Origin: Rhodospirillaceae bacterium
GTDB lineage: Bacteria; Pseudomonadota; Alphaproteobacteria; GCA-2731375
Length of the DNA stretch: 64,000 bases
Direction of reading: 5' to 3'
Assembly (NCBI GenBank): GCA_018667855.1
Contig: JABIRL010000080.1
Coordinates: forward strand, 10,341 to 74,340
The translations under genes were made by a program, and so were the position numbers. This document shows, in pieces, positions 57,452 to 64,000 of the stretch. The notes below the pieces were generated by a model, which worked only from the letters and a program-made list of their open reading frames with translations, was not told the origin of the DNA and did no database searches. How positions within the stretch are numbered: position 1 is the first letter of the stretch; every line of letters begins with the position of its first letter.

Positions 57452-58833
57452 AGAAACGGAGTAAAGCATCCGCCCTGGCGGGGCTGCTGATCATCGGTCT
57501 CGGCACGGTGATCGTGCCCCTGGATACTTCCGTCAATATTGCTTTCCCCGACATTACCTCTTCGTTCGGCGTTCCCATCGCCGCCATTCAATGGGTCGTG
57601 GTCTGCTATGTGTTGACCAATGCCTCATTGATGCTGGTGTTCGGAAAGCTGGGCGATCTGTTCGGACACAAGCGCATATTCCTGACCGGACTGGCCATTT
57701 CCGCCTGTGCCTTCCTTGCCTGCGCCACGGCGCCGGCCTATCACTGGCTGTTACTGGCCCGAGTGTCGCAGGGCATCGGCGCGGCCCTGGTGCTCAGCTG
57801 CGGACCGGCCATGGCGACGTCGCTGTTTCCGGAGAACCGGCGCACCCGGGCCCTGGGCGCCTATACCATGATGTTCGGTATCGGCAGCGCCGTCGGCCCC
57901 TCTCTGGGCGGGTTCATGGTCGAGGCCTGGGGCTGGGAAGCGGTGTTCTGGTTTCGCCTGCCCATATGCCTTGCCGCGCTTGCCGCACTGCCCTGGCTGC
58001 ATAACGAACAGGGAGAGCGGCGCACTGGCGGCTTCGATCTATCGGGAGCCTTGTTGCTGGCCCTGGGTCTTGGGGCGCTGATGTTCGCCCTGAACAGACT
58101 GCAACACGATACGGCATATGGCTTGATCATCGCCGCGCTGGGCGCGGGCGCGCTGATCACCTTTGTCTGGCGCGAGGTACGGGCGGAGGAGCCGATCATT
58201 CCCCTGGCAGTGTTCCGGCGGCTGGATTTCTCGGTTCTGAACATCTTCAACAGCCTGGTCATGCTGGTCGGTTTCGCGCCTTATTTGCTGGTGCCCTATT
58301 TCCTGGTCCGCGCGACGGACTATTCCCTGGCGGCAAGCGGTCTGATCCTGGCCACATCCGCCCTGGGTCAGGCCGTGGCGGCCCCGGTGGGTGGCTGGCT
58401 GTTGAGTTGGCGACCCTGGGCGGGACCGTTCGCCTTGCTGGGCTCGGTTCTGGTCGCGTTGGCGACCCTGGTGATCGGCACCTGGGATCTGGGCGCCGGG
58501 ATCTGGACCATGGCCATGCCAATGTTTGTACAGGGCATCGGCCTGGGTCTTTTTCAGGTTTGTATCCTGGATGTGGTCACCAAGCGCCTGGATGTACGCG
58601 ACCGGGGCGTCGCGGGCAGTCTGGCCCAGGTTTCCCGCACCATCGGTGTGGTCTTGGGCGCGACGTGTCTGTCCTTGATCTTCGCCTATCTGCGGGAGAA
58701 CACGGGCGGCAGCGGTCCCGACGAAATGGCTGCCTTCCTTGCCGCCTTCAGCCAGACATTTTTCATTGCCGGCGTCGGGTTGCTGCTATGCCTGGGCCTG
58801 ACCCTGGTTCGGCCGCGCATATGGTTCAATTGA
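57448..58833 (+). CDS. MFS transporter
   Basis: Start proposed at in-frame TTG overlapping the upstream stop (TTGA); ORF-track ATG at 57394 lies inside the upstream gene; 12+ TMS. Confidence 0.75.
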   Translation: MKKRSKASALAGLLIIGLGTVIVPLDTSVNIAFPDITSSFGVPIAAIQWVVVCYVLTNASLMLVFGKLGDLFGHKRIFLTGLAISACAFLACATAPAYHWLLLARVSQGIGAALVLSCGPAMATSLFPENRRTRALGAYTMMFGIGSAVGPSLGGFMVEAWGWEAVFWFRLPICLAALAALPWLHNEQGERRTGGFDLSGALLLALGLGALMFALNRLQHDTAYGLIIAALGAGALITFVWREVRAEEPIIPLAVFRRLDFSVLNIFNSLVMLVGFAPYLLVPYFLVRATDYSLAASGLILATSALGQAVAAPVGGWLLSWRPWAGPFALLGSVLVALATLVIGTWDLGAGIWTMAMPMFVQGIGLGLFQVCILDVVTKRLDVRDRGVAGSLAQVSRTIGVVLGATCLSLIFAYLRENTGGSGPDEMAAFLAAFSQTFFIAGVGLLLCLGLTLVRPRIWFN

Positions 58834-58946
58834 TGTGCTTCACCGATGCCATCAGCCGCTGGTTTCCAGGCTTGGCGAAATGCCTTAAAACAGTCCTCAT
58901 AATAAATGAATTTAAATCACGGCCATGGCTTTTGATACTCGCCCTC

Positions 58947-59318
58947 ATGGGCTCTCCGATAGCGCCATCATTCGCACAATCCACTTCCCAATCAATTTTG
59001 CAACCGCCGCCAAGCAGCGTGCAACAGGTCTATGTCGAGGATCAGCAGCGCCGGGCTGAAGCCGCGGCGCGAAGATCAATTTTCAGGAATCCCGAAGCGA
59101 CAAGCGTTGCCGCCACGCAGCAACCCGCCGGCCAATCCCCGGCCGGGGCGGTCATACCTGCCGTCCCCGGCGCAATCGGATCCCTGCAGCCGTTTGCCAT
59201 TACAGCCGGCATGAGCGTGTTGGCGATCGTCGCCGCGTTGGCCGCCGTATCAACCGATACAGGCAAGGCGGTCAACAGCGACGGCGCGTCGTCGTCGAGC
59301 CCCACGGGGACGAATTAG
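58947..59318 (+). CDS. hypothetical secreted Ala/Pro/Gln-rich low-complexity protein
   Basis: Signal-peptide-like N-terminus (possible TTG start at 58932), C-terminal hydrophobic segment; overlaps a longer spurious frame. Confidence 0.3.
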   Translation: MGSPIAPSFAQSTSQSILQPPPSSVQQVYVEDQQRRAEAAARRSIFRNPEATSVAATQQPAGQSPAGAVIPAVPGAIGSLQPFAITAGMSVLAIVAALAAVSTDTGKAVNSDGASSSSPTGTN

Positions 59319-59424
59319 TCGCGGTTATCATATCCGCCCGGGCCAACCTTTCGGGCGTCTCGTTCGACCCGGAAGGGACGCGCGGATCATGGCCAGCATG
59401 AGGAATACGGGCTAGACTGGCGCT

Positions 59425-59883
59425 ATGTCTGATGTCATTCAACGTAGGTTGGCGTCGATTGTTTCCGCCGATGTGGTCGGTTATTCACGCCTGATGGGTC
59501 TGGACGAAGTGGGCACCCATGCCCGGCTCAAGGCCCGCTATGCGGAGCTGATCCAGCCCAAGATCGCGGCCCACAATGGACGCGTGGTCAAACTCATGGG
59601 GGACGGCATGGGACATTTTATCGCCGACCGAGACCTGGATGCGGTCAACGCCGCCGGGGAATGCTTGCGGCATCGGCCCGACTTTCATTTGGCCGTGTTA
59701 TGTTTGACGGTCGCATTGGGACAATTGGATCGGGGGGAGGAAGCGAAGGCCGCCGGCGCGGTCGTGCTGGGCATGTTGCCGGGTTTCTCGCTGGCAGCCC
59801 ATGAACGCTCAACCCCCATATCCCAGGAGGCCGACCGCCAGCGATATATCGATGGTCTGCGGAAAGCGGGTCTACCGGAGTGA
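59425..59883 (+). CDS. truncated cyclase-homology-domain protein (paralog fragment of the 45016 gene N-terminus)
   Basis: First ~60 aa (ADVVGYSRLMG...VKLMGDG) ~50% identical to the cyclase N-terminus at 45016; remainder lacks the second half of the CHD. Confidence 0.5.
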   Translation: MSDVIQRRLASIVSADVVGYSRLMGLDEVGTHARLKARYAELIQPKIAAHNGRVVKLMGDGMGHFIADRDLDAVNAAGECLRHRPDFHLAVLCLTVALGQLDRGEEAKAAGAVVLGMLPGFSLAAHERSTPISQEADRQRYIDGLRKAGLPE

Positions 59884-60507
59884 CGGCTTTCTGGCTGTCG
59901 CGGTCATAAGGCCCCAAAGCCAACTGATTTTGTATCGATCCATATTCGCGACCTCGAACCCGGTCTCTTCCAAAAGCATGTGGCAATCGGTGCTGTCGTA
60001 ACAACGGTAATGGGCCGCATCAAACAGCCGCAATATTCGATCAACAACGCGGCAGGAAAAATAGTCATCGCACCAGTCCGAGAGAATGAGCCGACCACCG
60101 GGGCGGAGAATGCGGTGCACCTCGCGCAAGACATCAAAGGGCAGCTGAAAGTAATGAAAGGCGCTTGTCGTGACCACGGTATCGAAACAATCGTCAGGAA
60201 AGGGCAGGTCATCGGCGGACGCAGTATGCAGCGCCACCTCCGCCGGCAGGTTTTTCCTTGCCTGGGCCAACATCTCCGGCGAAAGGTCCGTTCCGGTCAG
60301 CTCGGCGGCGGGATAGGCTGCCCTGACGGCACGCAAAAGCGCGCCGGTGCCGCAAGCAATATCCAGCACACGGTGGCCAAGATCGGGCGGCAATCGATAC
60401 ATTGTCTCGCGCACCGTGGCCTCCACATAAAAGGCCCACTTGTCCTCATAACGGTCGGCAAGGTGGCTATATTCCCGCGCCACCGCAAGATGGCGATCCT
60501 GCGCCAT
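59872..60507 (-). CDS. class I SAM-dependent methyltransferase
   Basis: VLDIACGTG motif I. Confidence 0.75.
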   Translation of the reverse strand: MAQDRHLAVAREYSHLADRYEDKWAFYVEATVRETMYRLPPDLGHRVLDIACGTGALLRAVRAAYPAAELTGTDLSPEMLAQARKNLPAEVALHTASADDLPFPDDCFDTVVTTSAFHYFQLPFDVLREVHRILRPGGRLILSDWCDDYFSCRVVDRILRLFDAAHYRCYDSTDCHMLLEETGFEVANMDRYKISWLWGLMTATARKPSLR

Positions 60508-60582
60508 AGGCCATGCCTTTCACAAAAACGATCCTAAAACCGGAGGCTACGGCGGCCGGCGGTAGCGCGTCATTGACTTACG

Positions 60583-60936
60583 TCATTTGGCGGTGTTCGG
60601 CGTCAATCTCTCGTCGGGCGGCAAGGTGTCGGTGACCAAGTCGCGGATCAGGCGTTTGTTGGGCAGGGGCTCGATCAGCATGGCTCCGGTTTGCAGGGGT
60701 GTGGTACAGGCATAGGCGGTGCGTCCGTCGATGCGCATAACACATTCCTTGCAGGCATTGGCGCTGATGCAGGAATAGCGCACGGCAAGGGTGGAGTCCC
60801 GGTTGCCTCTGATCCAGCGCAGGGCATCCAGCACCGACTGGCCGTCCTCGAACGGGAATTGGAATTCTTCGTGCTGGATCGCATCGTTGGGTCCGCCGCG
60901 CCGGATTTTCAGCTGGGCAACTTTGGGTTCGTTCAT
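60583..60936 (-). CDS. 2Fe-2S ferredoxin-like small subunit (SdhB/FrdB N-terminal-domain-like, lacks 4Fe-4S/3Fe-4S domain)
   Basis: 117 aa; Cys-x5-Cys-x2-Cys-x11-Cys motif (SCISANACKECVMRIDGRTAYAC); ATGA overlap with the flavoprotein gene. Confidence 0.65.
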   Translation of the reverse strand: MNEPKVAQLKIRRGGPNDAIQHEEFQFPFEDGQSVLDALRWIRGNRDSTLAVRYSCISANACKECVMRIDGRTAYACTTPLQTGAMLIEPLPNKRLIRDLVTDTLPPDERLTPNTAK

Positions 60937-62642
60937 GAAGGTTGCTCCAGGGTTGGGTTGCGACGCACCTCGGCCCGGCCCAAAACGACACCATCGCCGT
61001 CAGAACGGATGACCTGATTGAAGGTCCAGGCCTCGTCAAGTCCGGGATAGTCTTCCCGTTGATGGGCGCCCCGGCTTTCCGTCCGCGCCAGGGCGGCGGT
61101 GGCGATGGCGCGGGCCACTTCCAAGCCATTTCGAAGAGCCAGCCAATCAGACAATTGCTGATTAAACGCGATGGCACCACCCGTGGGCATTTGGGGCAAG
61201 GCCGCCGTCATTTCGGAGATCGCCGCAAGCGCACGGTCCAGACCCTCGGCCGTGCGGAACGGCCCCACATCGCGCTGCAAAATCGCCTGCAGTTCCGCGA
61301 ACACCTGGGTCGGATTGAGGCCTTCACCACGCCGCTGCAAAGCTTCCTCCAGCACCGCCCGGCAAGCCTCGGCCGGCGCCTCGATTTCCGGCATGGCCTG
61401 GCTGACCGCCGCGGCCGCGGCCGAACGACCGGCCAGTTCACCGAAAACAAAGGCCTCGGTGATGGCATTGCCGGACAGGCGGTTGGCGCCGTTGGCGCCG
61501 CCCACCGCCTCGCCGGCGGCAAACAGATTGGCGACGTTCGTGGCTAACGTATCATCGACCCGCAAACCGCCCATGTGATAATGGGCGATGGGGAAAACTT
61601 CTATCGGCATTTTGGTCAGATCAATGCCGTTGTTGGCCAGACGGTCGATCACCGGACCGAAGGCGGCGCGTAGGTCGGCTTCGGAAATATGTTCAAAGGA
61701 CAGCCAGGCCCCGCCATGGGGCGATCCGCGTCCGGCCTCGACTTCCTTGAAAATGGCATAGGTGGCGGTGTCCCGGGTGACCACATATTTGCCGTCCTCC
61801 GCCGTGCCGTAGTTCTGGGTAAACTCTTCCATCTCGCCGTTCAGCAACCGCCCGCCCAGTTTGTAGCGAAAGGGATCCCACATGATCGGATCCATGCCGA
61901 TCAAGCGCGGCGCCAAATGACCGATGGGAAAGAACTGCACGAACTCCATATCGATCAGTTCGGCGCCGGCGCGCAGGCCCAGGGCAAAGCCGTCACCGCC
62001 CATATTGGCGGAAGCCGAATTGCGCTGGTACAGGCTGGTCAGACCGCCGGTGGCGATGATAGTCGCCTTGGCGGCGATGGTGACCGACGCGGCGCCCTCC
62101 AGATGCAGCGCCACGGCGCCCACCGCGCACTCGTCTTGCACCACCAGATCCGTTACCGTCAGGTCCGAGATGCGGCGGATATTGTCGTATTGCCGGACCT
62201 TGTTGCGCAGGGTGCGGGAAGACGCCGGCCCGGTATTGAGAAAATCAACATAGACACAGCGGTTTCGGTCATGGCCCGGCGCGTGGGCCTGGGTGATGTG
62301 ATTGCCGCCTTCGACGCTGCGGGCCCAGCCGATACCCCATTCCTCCATCTCCCAGATCCGCTCCGGCGCGGTCTGGCAGAGAATTTGCGCCAGAGGTTCG
62401 TCCACCAGGCCCCGGCCGGCGGTTATGGTGTCGGCAAGGTGAAAGCGCCAATCGTCGGGCTCTTCCTCGCCTATGGCGGCGGCCACGGTCATCTGCGCCA
62501 TGATGGTGGCGCCGGACCGGCCAACCACGCTCTTGTCCAGCAGCAACACCTCGGCACCAGTCTCGGCGGCGGTGATGGCGGCATACATGCCAGCCCCGCC
62601 CGCCCCGATAATCAGGACGTCCGTCTCCAGAATTTGCGCCAT
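60933..62642 (-). CDS. FAD-binding flavoprotein of the succinate dehydrogenase/fumarate reductase/L-aspartate oxidase family
   Basis: 569 aa; N-terminal VLIIGAGGAGMYAA dinucleotide fold; SdhA-like FAD and capping domains. Confidence 0.8.
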   Translation of the reverse strand: MAQILETDVLIIGAGGAGMYAAITAAETGAEVLLLDKSVVGRSGATIMAQMTVAAAIGEEEPDDWRFHLADTITAGRGLVDEPLAQILCQTAPERIWEMEEWGIGWARSVEGGNHITQAHAPGHDRNRCVYVDFLNTGPASSRTLRNKVRQYDNIRRISDLTVTDLVVQDECAVGAVALHLEGAASVTIAAKATIIATGGLTSLYQRNSASANMGGDGFALGLRAGAELIDMEFVQFFPIGHLAPRLIGMDPIMWDPFRYKLGGRLLNGEMEEFTQNYGTAEDGKYVVTRDTATYAIFKEVEAGRGSPHGGAWLSFEHISEADLRAAFGPVIDRLANNGIDLTKMPIEVFPIAHYHMGGLRVDDTLATNVANLFAAGEAVGGANGANRLSGNAITEAFVFGELAGRSAAAAAVSQAMPEIEAPAEACRAVLEEALQRRGEGLNPTQVFAELQAILQRDVGPFRTAEGLDRALAAISEMTAALPQMPTGGAIAFNQQLSDWLALRNGLEVARAIATAALARTESRGAHQREDYPGLDEAWTFNQVIRSDGDGVVLGRAEVRRNPTLEQPS

Positions 62643-62645
62643 GGC

Positions 62646-63545
62646 TTAGAGCAGATCCGCCACGGCGGCGCGATAGGTTTCGATGCCGTCGATATGGGCG
62701 GCCAGGGAACGGCCCTCAATGCGGGTGTGGTGATCGCCCCGGTCGTAGCTGTTATTGACGGTGATGTGGGTGACACCGGCATCACGCCAGAATTCAAACT
62801 CCCGGCGCCAATCGTCCGGCCCCCCGGCCCCGACCGAGGCCCAGATCTCCAGACCCACTTGGTCCGGTTCGCGGCCCTCGGCCTTCGTGTAGCCGCGCAA
62901 TTTATCGAACGCGGCGACGGCATCATCGCCCGGCGGATGGGCCAGCATGATCCAGCCGTCACCCCATTTCGCCGTGCGCCGCAAGGTTACGTCCTCATGG
63001 CCGCCAAACCACAATGGGATACTGCCCCCAATCGGCAGCGGGTTGATGCCGGCGTCGTTGATCTTGTGCCACTTGCCATCGAAGGTGACATGAGGTTCGG
63101 CCCACAGGGCCTGCATGAACTCAACCTGTTCTTCCGAACGGCGGCCCCGGTTGCTGAAATCCTCACCCAGGGCAACGAATTCCTCCGGGTTCCAGCCGAC
63201 ACCGACGCCGAGGCGAAAGCGCCCTCCGCTCAAGACATCGACACAGGCCGCCTGTTTCGCCACCAATGCCGCCTGACGCTGGGCCAGGATCAGGACCTGG
63301 GTGGAAAAGCCGATGGCCTTGGTGCAGGCGCTCAGAAATCCGAATAGCACAAAGGCATCATGAAACAGATCAGCGGACGTATTCCGATTACCCCAATCGG
63401 GTCGGCTGTCCGCATTGACGCCGATCACATGATCCGCCGCGCCGATATAGTCATATCCCATATCCTCCGCCGCCTGGGCGAAATCCCTCACCACGTTGGG
63501 ATCGCCGCCGATATCCCACATGGGTATGTTGGCACCTAGCTGCAT
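62646..63545 (-). CDS. LLM-class F420/flavin-dependent oxidoreductase
   Basis: 299 aa; luciferase-like pattern; 3-nt gap to the flavoprotein start. Confidence 0.8.
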   Translation of the reverse strand: MQLGANIPMWDIGGDPNVVRDFAQAAEDMGYDYIGAADHVIGVNADSRPDWGNRNTSADLFHDAFVLFGFLSACTKAIGFSTQVLILAQRQAALVAKQAACVDVLSGGRFRLGVGVGWNPEEFVALGEDFSNRGRRSEEQVEFMQALWAEPHVTFDGKWHKINDAGINPLPIGGSIPLWFGGHEDVTLRRTAKWGDGWIMLAHPPGDDAVAAFDKLRGYTKAEGREPDQVGLEIWASVGAGGPDDWRREFEFWRDAGVTHITVNNSYDRGDHHTRIEGRSLAAHIDGIETYRAAVADLL

Positions 63546-63557
63546 TTCATCCTCCCT

Positions 63558-64000
63558 TTACCGCGCCTTCCATACGGGCGCGCGTTTCTCCTTGAACGCC
63601 AGGGGACCTTCCTGGGCATCTTCGCTCAGATAGACATCTTCATATGCCGCATCGCCGGCCTTCAGCGCCTCGCTCCACCCCACTTCGGCCACCGCATAGA
63701 CCATTCGCTTGCCGGCGCGGACAGACAGCGGCGCGTTCTGGGCGATGGTCTCGGCCATGGCGCGGGCCGCATCCATCAACTCGGCCAGGGGCACGACCTG
63801 GTTCACCAGACCCACCTGATAGGCCCGCTCGGCCGAGATTGGTTTTGCCGTGACCAGCAACTCCATGGCCACGCGCGGCGGGATCAGCCAGGGCAGTGGG
63901 GCGGCCCAAGGCGCGCCGCGGCTCCATTTCGGTTCGGTAATGGCAAAGCGGGCATTGTCGGCAGCGATGCACAGATCGCACATCTGGGATAGATAGAAAC
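63558..64000 (-). CDS. enoyl-CoA hydratase/isomerase (crotonase) family protein, 5' end beyond the window
   Basis: C-terminal crotonase-fold helices (LVTAKPISAERAYQVGLVNQVVP); the ORF continues past nt 64000, so it is partial. Confidence 0.75.
   Translation of the reverse strand, partial: FYLSQMCDLCIAADNARFAITEPKWSRGAPWAAPLPWLIPPRVAMELLVTAKPISAERAYQVGLVNQVVPLAELMDAARAMAETIAQNAPLSVRAGKRMVYAVAEVGWSEALKAGDAAYEDVYLSEDAQEGPLAFKEKRAPVWKAR

Noticed and set aside
58407-59318. 303-aa ORF overlapping the 3' third of the MFS gene
   Set aside because: Its N-terminal ~140 codons overlap the MFS coding frame and look non-coding. Only the portion after the MFS stop (58947-59318) is plausibly a gene, and even that is low-complexity, so I reported only the short version at low confidence.
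60540-60580. CRE/CRP-like palindromic motif CGTCATTGACTTACGTCAT between the methyltransferase and the 2Fe-2S gene
   Set aside because: Imperfect palindrome, no known consensus match I can verify, single occurrence.
1-64000. Scanned for CRISPR arrays, IS elements, prophage or defence-system gene signatures
   Set aside because: No regularly spaced direct repeats with unique spacers. No transposase, integrase, recombinase, restriction-modification, toxin-antitoxin or phage structural gene motifs were found among the ORFs. The only repetitive DNA is the two palindromic element families reported above.

Overview
High-GC (~64%) chromosomal window, most likely from an alphaproteobacterium (rapZ–EIIA(Man)–NPr cluster, DUF3126, bactofilin); the Rhodospirillales-like assignment is low confidence. 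I call about 60 protein genes, one tRNA-Arg(ACG), several terminators and two families of palindromic intergenic repeat elements. I see no integrase, transposase, phage genes or CRISPR array.

Main content in order: rapZ/PTS-Ntr genes; a cobalt-type nitrile hydratase operon (alpha, beta, accessory) tightly coupled to a DUF3126 gene; an SDR–aspartate-dehydrogenase-like–LLM oxidoreductase operon. A large catabolic block (10–24 kb) holds two ALS-like TPP enzymes, a PhyH dioxygenase, SDRs, an acyl-CoA ligase, two amidohydrolase_2 (decarboxylase-like) proteins, an IPMDH-family dehydrogenase, NIPSNAP, a family III CoA-transferase and an esterase. Next is an amidase–methyltransferase–SDR operon.

A signalling island follows: a 1282-aa multi-PAS hybrid histidine kinase, a micro-ORF, an OmpR-family regulator, a truncated haemoglobin (trHbN) and a PAS-adenylate cyclase. 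Then come a TRAP transporter with a duplicated small-permease gene (dctP-Q-M-Q'), a peroxiredoxin, and an MFS–amidohydrolase_3–COG0523 metallochaperone operon. The rest includes a cyclase–alpha/beta-hydrolase fusion, Lrp, GGT, adenosine kinase, an amidase, bactofilin, a 2-hydroxyacid dehydrogenase–PLP-decarboxylase–MFS operon, and an LLM–SdhA-like flavoprotein–2Fe-2S (SdhB N-domain-like) operon.

The most unusual structural signal is the repeat elements. Both families (A: 3 copies; B: 3 copies, one degenerate) sit exactly between convergent genes, and their CTAG-containing termini supply the actual stop codons of the flanking genes in 9 of 12 element ends. One degenerate copy appears to have replaced the 3' end of the CoA-transferase gene.
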